Assembly: GCA_002793355.1 (NCBI GenBank)
Contig: PFQB01000098.1
Coordinates: forward strand, 1-32,142
DNA length: 32,142 nucleotides
Source of the DNA: Candidatus Dojkabacteria bacterium CG_4_10_14_0_2_um_filter_Dojkabacteria_WS6_41_15
Lineage (GTDB): Bacteria > Patescibacteriota > Dojkabacteria > GCA-002793355
Direction of reading: 5' to 3'
The notes under the pieces: model-generated
Databases searched by the model: none
Seen by the model: the letters and a program-made list of their open reading frames with translations, nothing else
What the model was told of the DNA's origin: nothing
Made by a program: the position numbers and the translations under genes
Part shown: positions 17,922 to 25,548 of the stretch, one piece after another
How the letters are laid out: every line of letters starts with the position of its first letter
How positions within the stretch are numbered: the stretch's first letter is position 1

Positions 17922-18794
17922 TTATGCCAAGTTTTTAAGGTTAGTCGCTAATTGTGAAATTTCTTTATCGGTAAACTTCAATTCATTTTTAAGGAAGTTC
18001 GGAGTTAAGTTGAGTAAATCTTCCTTCTCGTCTGGGTTAAGTGGGACTAGCTTCTGGATGAGTTCTGCAGGTAGAATTTTTGCCAGTTTTGCCATAAATG
18101 CCTTGGCAGATTTTTGTTCATTTGTAGGAGAGCTTTGAATCAACTCGCCGTTGTCCAGGTGCCAGTGGGTGTAGTCGTAGCGGTACACGAGTTCAAGATT
18201 GTGAGTGGTCATAATAATGCTGGTGCCCGCCTTATTGATTTTGCCCAACAAGGACATAATATTCTCGGTGTTATCAAGGTCAAGGTCACCTGTAGGCTCG
18301 TCTGCAATCAGCAGTTTTGGATTGTTAGCAATTGCCCGGGCGATGACCACTCGTCGCTTTTCTCCGCCTGATAACTGTTTAGGAAATAAACCTTTCTTAT
18401 CGATAATACCTACGTAATCCAAAAGGTATTCAACGGTTTTCTGCACTTCTTGCGGAGATTTATTCAGAATTTCCAGAACAAAAGCAACATTTTCGTAGAC
18501 ATTCTTGTGTTCTAACAGTTTATAGTCTTGGAAAACAACACCAACGGTGCGTCGGTATGACGGAATTAATTTGCGAGGCAATAATTCGATAGGAACAGTT
18601 TCAAAAACGATACTTCCTTTCGTTGGAAGTTCTTGGCGAATCAATAGTTTAATGAGTGTGGTTTTACCTGAGCCCGAAGGTCCGGTTAAAAAGACGAACT
18701 CACCTCGCTCTAAACCGAACGAAACATTTTTAAGGACAGGAATAACAATATTACCCTGTTTGTATAGTTTTGATAGTTTTGAAACGCGGAGCAT
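17922..18794 (-). CDS. ftsE: Cell division ATP-binding protein FtsE with an approximately 65-aa C-terminal extension
   Basis: Walker A GPSGSGKTT, ABC signature LSGGEKRR, Walker B LLIADEPTGDLD. Confidence 0.9.
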   Translation of the reverse strand: MLRVSKLSKLYKQGNIVIPVLKNVSFGLERGEFVFLTGPSGSGKTTLIKLLIRQELPTKGSIVFETVPIELLPRKLIPSYRRTVGVVFQDYKLLEHKNVYENVAFVLEILNKSPQEVQKTVEYLLDYVGIIDKKGLFPKQLSGGEKRRVVIARAIANNPKLLIADEPTGDLDLDNTENIMSLLGKINKAGTSIIMTTHNLELVYRYDYTHWHLDNGELIQSSPTNEQKSAKAFMAKLAKILPAELIQKLVPLNPDEKEDLLNLTPNFLKNELKFTDKEISQLATNLKNLA

Positions 18795-18800
18795 AGGAAG

Positions 18801-18809
18801 ATTGTAACA
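18801..18809 (-). promoter_or_regulatory. Extended -10 (TGtTACAAT on the minus strand) for a leaderless ftsE transcript
   Basis: The reverse complement of 18801-18809 is TGTTACAAT. The ATG of ftsE (18794) is exactly 7 nt downstream of the hexamer. Confidence 0.5.
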
Positions 18810-18847
18810 TACCGAGGATTAAGGTAGTGCTAATGCTTGAAAAGTAG

Positions 18848-18868
18848 TATAATTTCATTGCTTCCCCA
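18848..18868 (+). promoter_or_regulatory. -10 box plus conserved TCCCCA leader motif, copy 1
   Basis: TATAAT 18848-53, a 9-nt spacer, TCCCCA 18863-68, then 21 nt of AT-rich leader to the ATG at 18890. Confidence 0.5.
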
Positions 18869-18889
18869 CAATAATTTTTGTTTATAAAC

Positions 18890-19546
18890 ATGCCACGAAA
18901 TTTTCAGCCAGTGATTGTGGAGCCAACTCCTTTTCCATCAGAATCAAAATTTGTATTAGCAATTGAAGAACGCGTTGATGGATTCCTCCAAACAATGCTA
19001 AAAGAAGAAGAATACGTAAGTGTACAAACAGCACTATGTTCATCCAAAGGATGGGTTGATACAAGCAACCATTTCTATAAACCAAAATCAAACAAAGGAA
19101 CGGATCAGCCGCACAGAGTCAGGGAAGAAAACGTAAAAGCGCTCGATGGAACATTGTATGCATGTGTTACGCACGCATATGTGCCAGAAGCACAAGAAGA
19201 TATGGAGCTGGAGACTAGCCGGGTAATTCCCGTTGCAGGGCAACATGGTTCGGTCGAGTTAGTGTGTAGAACGTACCAAGACGGAGATTCAGATAAGAAC
19301 TGGTCGGTATCGGTTAGTCCCTATAATGGGACTCATTGGTCTCTTGAAGTGATGAGTAATGTTGATGATTCCAATAGTGCTTTACGTGTTGTTGGTCAGC
19401 ATGAAGCAAATGAAGAGTTTCTGAAACCATTTAGTACCTATTTGGGCATTTCGGTTGGAGAATTGAAGCAGCTTTTACACGAGCAAACGAATGCTCTGAA
19501 GGTTATTGAAAAAATTCGCGAAATTCTTTTTTCAGAAACAGCGTGA
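18890..19546 (+). CDS. Orphan protein, member A of a tandem paralogous triplet
   Basis: ORF with an ATG at 18890 (the TTG at 18878 is less likely). Its C-terminal block VVGQHEANEEFLKPFSTYLGISVGELKQL aligns with members B and C. Confidence 0.65.
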   Translation: MPRNFQPVIVEPTPFPSESKFVLAIEERVDGFLQTMLKEEEYVSVQTALCSSKGWVDTSNHFYKPKSNKGTDQPHRVREENVKALDGTLYACVTHAYVPEAQEDMELETSRVIPVAGQHGSVELVCRTYQDGDSDKNWSVSVSPYNGTHWSLEVMSNVDDSNSALRVVGQHEANEEFLKPFSTYLGISVGELKQLLHEQTNALKVIEKIREILFSETA

Positions 19547-19573
19547 GCATTGGTGTTGAGATTGTAGAAGTGG

Positions 19574-19592
19574 TATAACTAGAAGCTCCCCA
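19574..19592 (+). promoter_or_regulatory. -10 box plus conserved TCCCCA leader motif, copy 2
   Basis: TGgTATAAC (-10 hexamer at 19574-79), a 7-nt spacer, TCCCCA 19587-92, then 24 nt to the ATG at 19617. Confidence 0.5.
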
Positions 19593-19616
19593 CTATTTTT
19601 ATTAGGTACATTGACT

Positions 19617-20306
19617 ATGGCAGTAAAAGCAGCTAACGCGAATGGTTCAGAAGGGCTCACGACATCAATAAGGGCAAGCTTTCAATACGAGGACAATCGA
19701 TTAAGACGGGAAGTGACGGAAGAAAAGGTAGAACATGCGATTAAACAGGACCTCTCTTCACTAGCAATAAGACATTTAACCGAGCAAGAAATCGACGTGA
19801 TTCGACCTAAGAAGCAGAGTGAATTGGTCATAGAGGTTAGTAGCCCTAAGTGTCTTGGCTGTAAAAGGCAGATAGAGTATCACGCACATTTATTAGAAAG
19901 TGATAATGGCTTTTCTGTAGCATTTGACCATAAGCAGCGGGGGAAAGAGATTCTTTGTTCAGCAATTACTGTTTCAAGAGAATTTGCTGGTGTTGTTGCT
20001 GGAAATCCCAATAGTATTGTCATGAACATAGAAAGCAAGGGGGAACTTAACGAATACTCCAGGATTTCGGTGTCAATTCCCCAAGTTGACGCAACGAAGA
20101 CAGCAAAGTTAGTAATCTGCTTTCATGGATCCGTTGGTTGGGTAAATTGGAAAGACGAAATCAACAATGAAGAACTACTAGCGCTAATTCCGGATTTAAC
20201 ACCGGAGGACCTAAAGAACATGCATGTTGCTGCAACTCGTGACCGCGTATTTAACATTCTTCGCAGTATGCTATTCTTTAACAAGACGGTGGCTGAGGGG
20301 ACGTAA
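19617..20306 (+). CDS. Orphan protein, member B of a tandem paralogous triplet
   Basis: The ATG at 19617 is preferred over the TTG at 19611. C-terminal block INNEELLALIPDLTPEDLKNM. Confidence 0.65.
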   Translation: MAVKAANANGSEGLTTSIRASFQYEDNRLRREVTEEKVEHAIKQDLSSLAIRHLTEQEIDVIRPKKQSELVIEVSSPKCLGCKRQIEYHAHLLESDNGFSVAFDHKQRGKEILCSAITVSREFAGVVAGNPNSIVMNIESKGELNEYSRISVSIPQVDATKTAKLVICFHGSVGWVNWKDEINNEELLALIPDLTPEDLKNMHVAATRDRVFNILRSMLFFNKTVAEGT

Positions 20307-20365
20307 GCACTAGCGCATTGTTTAAGGTTATCAGTTAGTTATTGTAGGTAAACTGCCTGAAATGA

Positions 20366-20384
20366 TATAATTACTGACTCCCCA
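20366..20384 (+). promoter_or_regulatory. -10 box plus conserved TCCCCA leader motif, copy 3
   Basis: TGaTATAAT (-10 hexamer at 20366-71), a 7-nt spacer, TCCCCA 20379-84, then 22 nt to the ATG at 20407. A possible -35 TTGTAG lies 18 nt upstream. Confidence 0.5.
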
Positions 20385-20406
20385 AGTTAAATTACGCAAA
20401 TAGATT

Positions 20407-21108
20407 ATGCCAAGTGCTGATACAGAACATATTAGTAAGGAAAAAATTTTCGTTTATAAAGACCCACAAGGTGGACCAGTCTCTGAAAACGATAAAAGGG
20501 TAGTTACAAGAGATATTGCTACGAAAATAGGTAAGCTTGTAAAGGAGTCCTTTCCAAAAGCATTTTTGGATGAAGTCTTGGCTGAATGTCCGGAACTGGA
20601 GTGTAGTGCAACGACACCTAGAAAACATCTTGATGGTAATTTTAGGGCAATTAAATATACAGCAACTGCTAATTATCCCACAAAGAACGGTGCAGCTGTA
20701 AGAATTAGTCTCAACAGAGAACCCGAGCGACAAGCCAGCCGAAAGATTGTTGTTAAAAGAGAAAATGAAGGTAAGTTCGGCATATGCTCAGTAAAGTATG
20801 TTACCGCATGGAATCCCGGAGCTAATCAACATACAGAGTTTGTCGAGGTCGCTGTCATAGGAGATGATTATAAGCCAGCTTCGTTGATTATTTCCAGAAG
20901 AGCTGATGGAAAACGAAATGTAAAAATTGTTGGGGAAGGTGCAACTAATCCTTCGGCCATCGGAGAGATAAAAGATTATCTTGGTTTAAGAAGCGATATC
21001 ACTCTTATGAAGCCAGGAGCTGAAGATGTATGGGAATTTTCGCCAGATGCTGAAGACATCGAAGGAAAAGTGCTCTTAATGGTGTTCGCCAATCGTTGCG
21101 GAGATTGA
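20407..21108 (+). CDS. Orphan protein, member C of a tandem paralogous triplet
   Basis: C-terminal block IVGEGATNPSAIGEIKDYLGLRSD aligns without gaps to member A (VG..N.........YLG[IL]). Confidence 0.65.
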   Translation: MPSADTEHISKEKIFVYKDPQGGPVSENDKRVVTRDIATKIGKLVKESFPKAFLDEVLAECPELECSATTPRKHLDGNFRAIKYTATANYPTKNGAAVRISLNREPERQASRKIVVKRENEGKFGICSVKYVTAWNPGANQHTEFVEVAVIGDDYKPASLIISRRADGKRNVKIVGEGATNPSAIGEIKDYLGLRSDITLMKPGAEDVWEFSPDAEDIEGKVLLMVFANRCGD

Positions 21109-21126
21109 GAAACTTATCTGTAGGGA

Positions 21127-22047
21127 TTAACGAAGCAGTTCTCTCCACACAAATGCCCCAAGTTCTCCTTTCAATACTTTTTCAACTTGTGAAGTTTTAT
21201 ATCCAATTCTTGTATCTTTTACGTAGTTTAACCCAAAATCGTAGGTGCGAATGACGGATTCCAGAGAAGTCGCCTTGTAGCTTGCAAGTTCTTTGGCTTG
21301 GCGTTCTTCTTCTCTTTTTAGGAGTGCAGCTCTTAGCAAAGTAAGGGCATTTTGTTTATTTTGCAACTGACTTCGAGATTGACTGTTTTTGATCATAATT
21401 CCCGTCGGGATGTGCTTGACGATAACTGCAGTTTCCACCTTGTTCACATTCTGTCCACCGGGGCCACTAGTACGTCCGGTCTTTATTTCCAAATCGCTTT
21501 CTTTAATGAGTACCGAATCTTTGGCGCTTGCCGTTGGATAAATCTGTACTAGGCAGTTAGAAGTCTGCATTTTTCCCTTTGTCCCGAAGGGTGACTTACG
21601 TTCTAAACGGTGTGAACCTTCCTCTTTTTGAAAGGCAAGGTACGCATAAGAATCCGAAATTTCAATGCTGGCATGAGTTATTCCTGCGGTCGGATCCGGT
21701 TCATATTCCAATAATTCATATTTTGCCCCCAAGTGCTTTAAATACTCAATGTACATGGTGGTAAGCATATCGGTCCAGTCTTGGGCATCTAACCCACCTT
21801 GGCCAACGCGAAGATCAAGGATACAACCACGGGATTCGAAACTACTAACGTTATTTTGCAATATTTCGGGAAGAATTCGCTGCGTTTCTGCATGCACTTC
21901 TGCAAGCAATGAAGCGTCGGATACGGCCATTTGCCATAACTCCTGCAACGAAATACCCTGGGGGGTATGCCATAGCTTGCTCTCGTAGGCGAATAAATCG
22001 GGTAATTCCTTCTCGGTCAATTGGTTAAATATGTTGTGCAATAGCAT
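21127..22047 (-). CDS. prfB: Peptide chain release factor 2 (short N-terminal domain, no frameshift site seen)
   Basis: SPF tripeptide (RKSPFGTKGK) and GGQ motif (SGPGGQNVNKVETAV). 306 aa. Confidence 0.9.
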   Translation of the reverse strand: MLLHNIFNQLTEKELPDLFAYESKLWHTPQGISLQELWQMAVSDASLLAEVHAETQRILPEILQNNVSSFESRGCILDLRVGQGGLDAQDWTDMLTTMYIEYLKHLGAKYELLEYEPDPTAGITHASIEISDSYAYLAFQKEEGSHRLERKSPFGTKGKMQTSNCLVQIYPTASAKDSVLIKESDLEIKTGRTSGPGGQNVNKVETAVIVKHIPTGIMIKNSQSRSQLQNKQNALTLLRAALLKREEERQAKELASYKATSLESVIRTYDFGLNYVKDTRIGYKTSQVEKVLKGELGAFVWRELLR

Positions 22048-22069
22048 AGGTAGGGTATAATGAAATCAG

Positions 22070-23656
22070 ATGAAACCTGTCCTACTGATTATAATGGATG
22101 GACTCGGCGTTGGCAAAGATTATGCAGGCAACGCAGTGCTCCATGCAAAAACCCCCACGCTAGATCGATTGTGGACGCGCGCAGATAAGCGGTTGCTTCT
22201 TGGCGCTTCCGGCCCAGATGTTGGGCTTCCTGCTGGTGTTCCGGGCAACAGCGAAGTTGGCCATTTGAACCTTGGCGCCGGTACGGTTGTGTATCAAATG
22301 ATTTCTACCATTAATGATTCGATTATTGACGGATCATTTTTCAAGAGTGAGGTGTTAATTCGCATGGCAAAGGACGTTAATCAGAATCACCGAACGCTGC
22401 ACATTATGGGGCTTTTGTCGGCTTCTGGTGTACACGCGGATGTCCGTCACCTTTTTTCGCTCATGGAATTTTGCCACAAGAATAAGATTGATCCTGTTTT
22501 TCATATTATTACCGACGGTCGGGATACCCCACGCTTCGAAGCCCGTTTTTATCTAAAGAAACTGCGAGAAAAGATGTTCCAATATGGCATGAAACGGATT
22601 GGAAGTGTTAGTGGTCGTTTCTACGCTATGGATCGTAATAATGCCTGGGATAGAATCAAACTTGCGTACGATGCAATGGTTGGGCGCAGTGGACTGAAAG
22701 AAACCGAACCCGAGGTCGCTTTAGAACATGCCTATGCACGGCAAGAAGATGACGAAACTCTGACTCCAACAATTATTGTTGACACCAATGGAAACCCAGT
22801 CGGTCCTGTTACGCAAAACGATGTGGTCCTATTCTTTAATTTTCGCGAAGATCGGGCACGTCAAATCACCAAGGCGTTCGTATCACCAACCGAAAAGTTT
22901 GCAGAGTTCGATCGCCCCTTTGTTATCGAACGCTTTATTACCATGTCAGGGTATGAAGAGGGCCTTCCTGTCGATGTTCTGTTCTCGTCAAAAGAGAATT
23001 ATGAACCAATTTCGGACACGATATCAAAAGCAGGCAAGAAACAATTTCATATTGCAGAAACAGAAAAATATGCCCACGTTACGTACTTTTTTAATGGGGG
23101 GAGAGAGGCGACTGCCGAAGGTGAAGAATTCAGTATAATCCAGTCGCCAAAAGTAAAAGATTATTCAACGGTACCGGAAATGTCCGCCTATCAAGTTACT
23201 GATGTTTTGCTTGAAAGGATGCGAAAAAAGCAGGATGACTTCTATCTGTTGAACTTGGCAAATCCTGATATGGTTGGCCACAGCGGAAAACTTATGCAAA
23301 CTGCGCGTGCTGTCGAAGTTACCGATCGTTGTGTGTATTTTTTGGTAAAAGAAATGCTGTCGCAAGGTGGGCAAGTGCTTATTACTGCAGACCACGGCAA
23401 CGCCGAACAAAAAATAAACCCTGTAACTGGCGAACCAGACAGAAACCATACGTTAAACTTGGTCCCGTTTATGCATATTGTAAATCCTGATGTTTTCGAT
23501 GATGGCAAATGGAATGATGGGACGAATCTTCTTAGGCTGGTATATGATGCAACCGTAATGGACAAAAACGGCATACTTTCTGATATTCCCGCAACTATTC
23601 TCAAGCTGTTGGATGTAAAAGGAGCGGACAGTATGACGGGGCAGAGTTTGGTGTAG
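22070..23656 (+). CDS. gpmI: 2,3-bisphosphoglycerate-independent phosphoglycerate mutase
   Basis: 528 aa. GNSEVGHLNLGAG and ADHGNAE metal-site motifs. TATAAT at 22056-61 lies 8 nt before the ATG. Confidence 0.95.
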   Translation: MKPVLLIIMDGLGVGKDYAGNAVLHAKTPTLDRLWTRADKRLLLGASGPDVGLPAGVPGNSEVGHLNLGAGTVVYQMISTINDSIIDGSFFKSEVLIRMAKDVNQNHRTLHIMGLLSASGVHADVRHLFSLMEFCHKNKIDPVFHIITDGRDTPRFEARFYLKKLREKMFQYGMKRIGSVSGRFYAMDRNNAWDRIKLAYDAMVGRSGLKETEPEVALEHAYARQEDDETLTPTIIVDTNGNPVGPVTQNDVVLFFNFREDRARQITKAFVSPTEKFAEFDRPFVIERFITMSGYEEGLPVDVLFSSKENYEPISDTISKAGKKQFHIAETEKYAHVTYFFNGGREATAEGEEFSIIQSPKVKDYSTVPEMSAYQVTDVLLERMRKKQDDFYLLNLANPDMVGHSGKLMQTARAVEVTDRCVYFLVKEMLSQGGQVLITADHGNAEQKINPVTGEPDRNHTLNLVPFMHIVNPDVFDDGKWNDGTNLLRLVYDATVMDKNGILSDIPATILKLLDVKGADSMTGQSLV

Positions 23657-23675
23657 CAAGATGTGGTACGGATAC

Positions 23676-23704
23676 TTGTCTGTTTTTGCTAGATATCCTA
23701 TAAT
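23676..23704 (+). promoter_or_regulatory. Promoter TTGTCT-17-TATAAT driving a leaderless transcript
   Basis: -35 at 23676-81 and -10 at 23699-704. The ATG at 23710 is only 5 nt after the -10 box. Confidence 0.55.
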
Positions 23705-23709
23705 ACGCG

Positions 23710-24549
23710 ATGGCGGTAGTAAAACCAGCACAAGAGCCTTGGAAAGAAGGTAAACCTCAATCGTATTCAATCAGTGAAATTACTGAAGCAAGAAAAGTTG
23801 GGCTAAGAAGTGACCCAACACTAAGAGCGCAAATGACCCCTATCGAAGGGAGAACGGCTTCTCGTGGCATAGCTTATGTGAATTTAGGCTTAATTGCGAA
23901 GCATGGCGCAGACCAAAGCGACGTAATTTTTGGTGGGCACGACGACAGTTGGAGTGTTGCTGCTGTAAACACCTCTTGTCTTGATTCTGTTGATGGTATG
24001 GTCGGTTCAGGTAGAGCAATTATCGAGACGAATAGTCAACGACCAAAGGTTAATACTACATATGCACTAGATACAGATTTGAAAGATCCCAATGCTATTT
24101 GCGTTGATATCGAAAGTGAGGCGTTGCCCGGTAAGCACGGCTTAGGTTTGGCACTTTGGACAAAGAGTGGCAATAAACCTGTGCAAATTGACTTAACAGA
24201 TCCAGATTTAAGTGCGCTGGCAATAGTGAACAACTCATGTTTGTTGCCTATACTGTATGAATTGAAAGTGCCTACAGATACAGGAACTATCGACATTTCA
24301 CTCGAAATCATCATGACGAACCAGCAGCTAGATATACGTATTATCAGTGCTGAAGCACACTTTAGTATTCAAGTTCCTAAAGCTTCAATGTCTGTCTTTA
24401 ACGAATTAACTTCTGACGTGTTTGACTCATTATGTCAAGGCAAAGTATTTAACCCTTATCGCCCGAAAGTATACAAATTCAATAAGGATAGTTCTCCTTC
24501 GAATCTGGGAATTTCAGCAGTTGGTTCTGGCTCGTGGTATCTTTCATAA
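23710..24549 (+). CDS. Orphan cytoplasmic protein, function unknown
   Basis: 279-aa ORF with its own promoter and no recognisable motif. Confidence 0.6.
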   Translation: MAVVKPAQEPWKEGKPQSYSISEITEARKVGLRSDPTLRAQMTPIEGRTASRGIAYVNLGLIAKHGADQSDVIFGGHDDSWSVAAVNTSCLDSVDGMVGSGRAIIETNSQRPKVNTTYALDTDLKDPNAICVDIESEALPGKHGLGLALWTKSGNKPVQIDLTDPDLSALAIVNNSCLLPILYELKVPTDTGTIDISLEIIMTNQQLDIRIISAEAHFSIQVPKASMSVFNELTSDVFDSLCQGKVFNPYRPKVYKFNKDSSPSNLGISAVGSGSWYLS

Positions 24550-24578
24550 TCTGCAATGAGTACAAGCACATAAATTAT

Positions 24579-24587
24579 TGATATAAT
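24579..24587 (+). promoter_or_regulatory. Extended -10 TGaTATAAT driving a leaderless transcript
   Basis: Element at 24579-24587. The ATG at 24593 is 5 nt after the -10 box. Confidence 0.55.
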
Positions 24588-24592
24588 ATAGG

Positions 24593-25495
24593 ATGTTTGA
24601 CAACTTGGAGAATCTTGGTGGTGATTCTGAAGATTCACTTGCTAGGTTAATGCAAGATGCGAGAGAAAATGGATTACAGATTCAGACTATACCAGGGAAT
24701 CATTCTATTGGAGGAGGTCGTTCAATATTCGTTTTTGTTACCCATCCTCGCCAAGATGGAGATGTTCAATTGGCTTATTATGAAGTTGAGGACACATATT
24801 ATGAACTTGGTGAGCATACTGTGGACTGTTCTCTTGCAGGTGAAGGCTTTCAGTGTGAAAGTGGAGAACGTACTATCTTAACTGGCCAGAATCCTGGAGC
24901 TGAATGCCATTCAATAATAACATTTCCGACTGCAGGTGGCACACCAAATATGGCGATGAATTTTCAGGCATCCTCCTATATGCTTGCAAATGGAGGTAAA
25001 ACTTCGCAATCTGTTGAAATTACGATTGGGGCAGCGTCTGTAAGTCTAAATCTTGACGATTTTGAATTAATTGATGATTCTGCCCTTGAAGCAGTCGAAA
25101 CAGATTCTGGCGCTGAAGTTGGGGCTGAGGATGATATTGTATTTGATATTGATGAGAAGGGGCTTCATCTAGTCGAGAGCTCGCGATGCCAAGAAGAAAT
25201 AGTCCAGGATATCGATTTGACTTCAGCATTATTTTTCGATGAAGTACGAAATACAAGAAAATACCATTTAGAAGGCTTGGCACATCCTATTGCTGTTACC
25301 TGCTTTCGCTACGCCTCGCATACTCTTATCACGTTGCGCTATCAAGGAACAAAAATAAAAGTGGATTTTCCTGTTCCGACAAGCGAGGGATTATTAGATA
25401 TTGAAGAAATGGTTGGGTATGCACTGCAAGATGGAAATCTACCAATGTTTGCGGTCCCAAAAGTGGTTGATTTGCAAAGACACCTTGCGCAATAA
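24593..25495 (+). CDS. Orphan protein with a central acidic segment, function unknown
   Basis: 300-aa ORF with the acidic stretch DDFELIDDSALEAVETDSGAEVGAEDDIVFDIDE. No motif recognised. Confidence 0.6.
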   Translation: MFDNLENLGGDSEDSLARLMQDARENGLQIQTIPGNHSIGGGRSIFVFVTHPRQDGDVQLAYYEVEDTYYELGEHTVDCSLAGEGFQCESGERTILTGQNPGAECHSIITFPTAGGTPNMAMNFQASSYMLANGGKTSQSVEITIGAASVSLNLDDFELIDDSALEAVETDSGAEVGAEDDIVFDIDEKGLHLVESSRCQEEIVQDIDLTSALFFDEVRNTRKYHLEGLAHPIAVTCFRYASHTLITLRYQGTKIKVDFPVPTSEGLLDIEEMVGYALQDGNLPMFAVPKVVDLQRHLAQ

Positions 25496-25548
25496 CAAAT
25501 TCTGAATACTTGAATTTTCTTTTTTTGAAAAATGCTACAATGTTTTCG

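Noticed and set aside
19561-20347. ATTGTAG at 19561-67 and 20341-47 (reverse complement CTACAAT) as antisense promoters firing back into the triplet genes.
   Set aside because: There is no TG extension or -35 box on the minus strand. In the third spacer the same bases serve well as a plus-strand -35 box (TTGTAG-18-TATAAT). The analogous ATTGTAA at 18801-07 is explained as the ftsE -10 box. This is not enough support for separate antisense transcripts.
22048-22150. Programmed +1 frameshift segment (CTT TGA C) upstream of prfB.
   Set aside because: The minus-strand sequence upstream of 22047 overlaps the divergent gpmI coding region and contains no GTCAAAG (the plus-strand equivalent). The single ORF already contains all the catalytic domains.
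18878-25548. Upstream TTG/ATG starts proposed by the ORF track (18878, 19611, 25510, and likewise 2207 and 12771).
   Set aside because: They overlap promoter -10 boxes or the preceding gene. Downstream ATGs (18890, 19617, 25549, 2237, 12786) fit promoter spacing and protein family N-termini better. This remains uncertain without TSS data.
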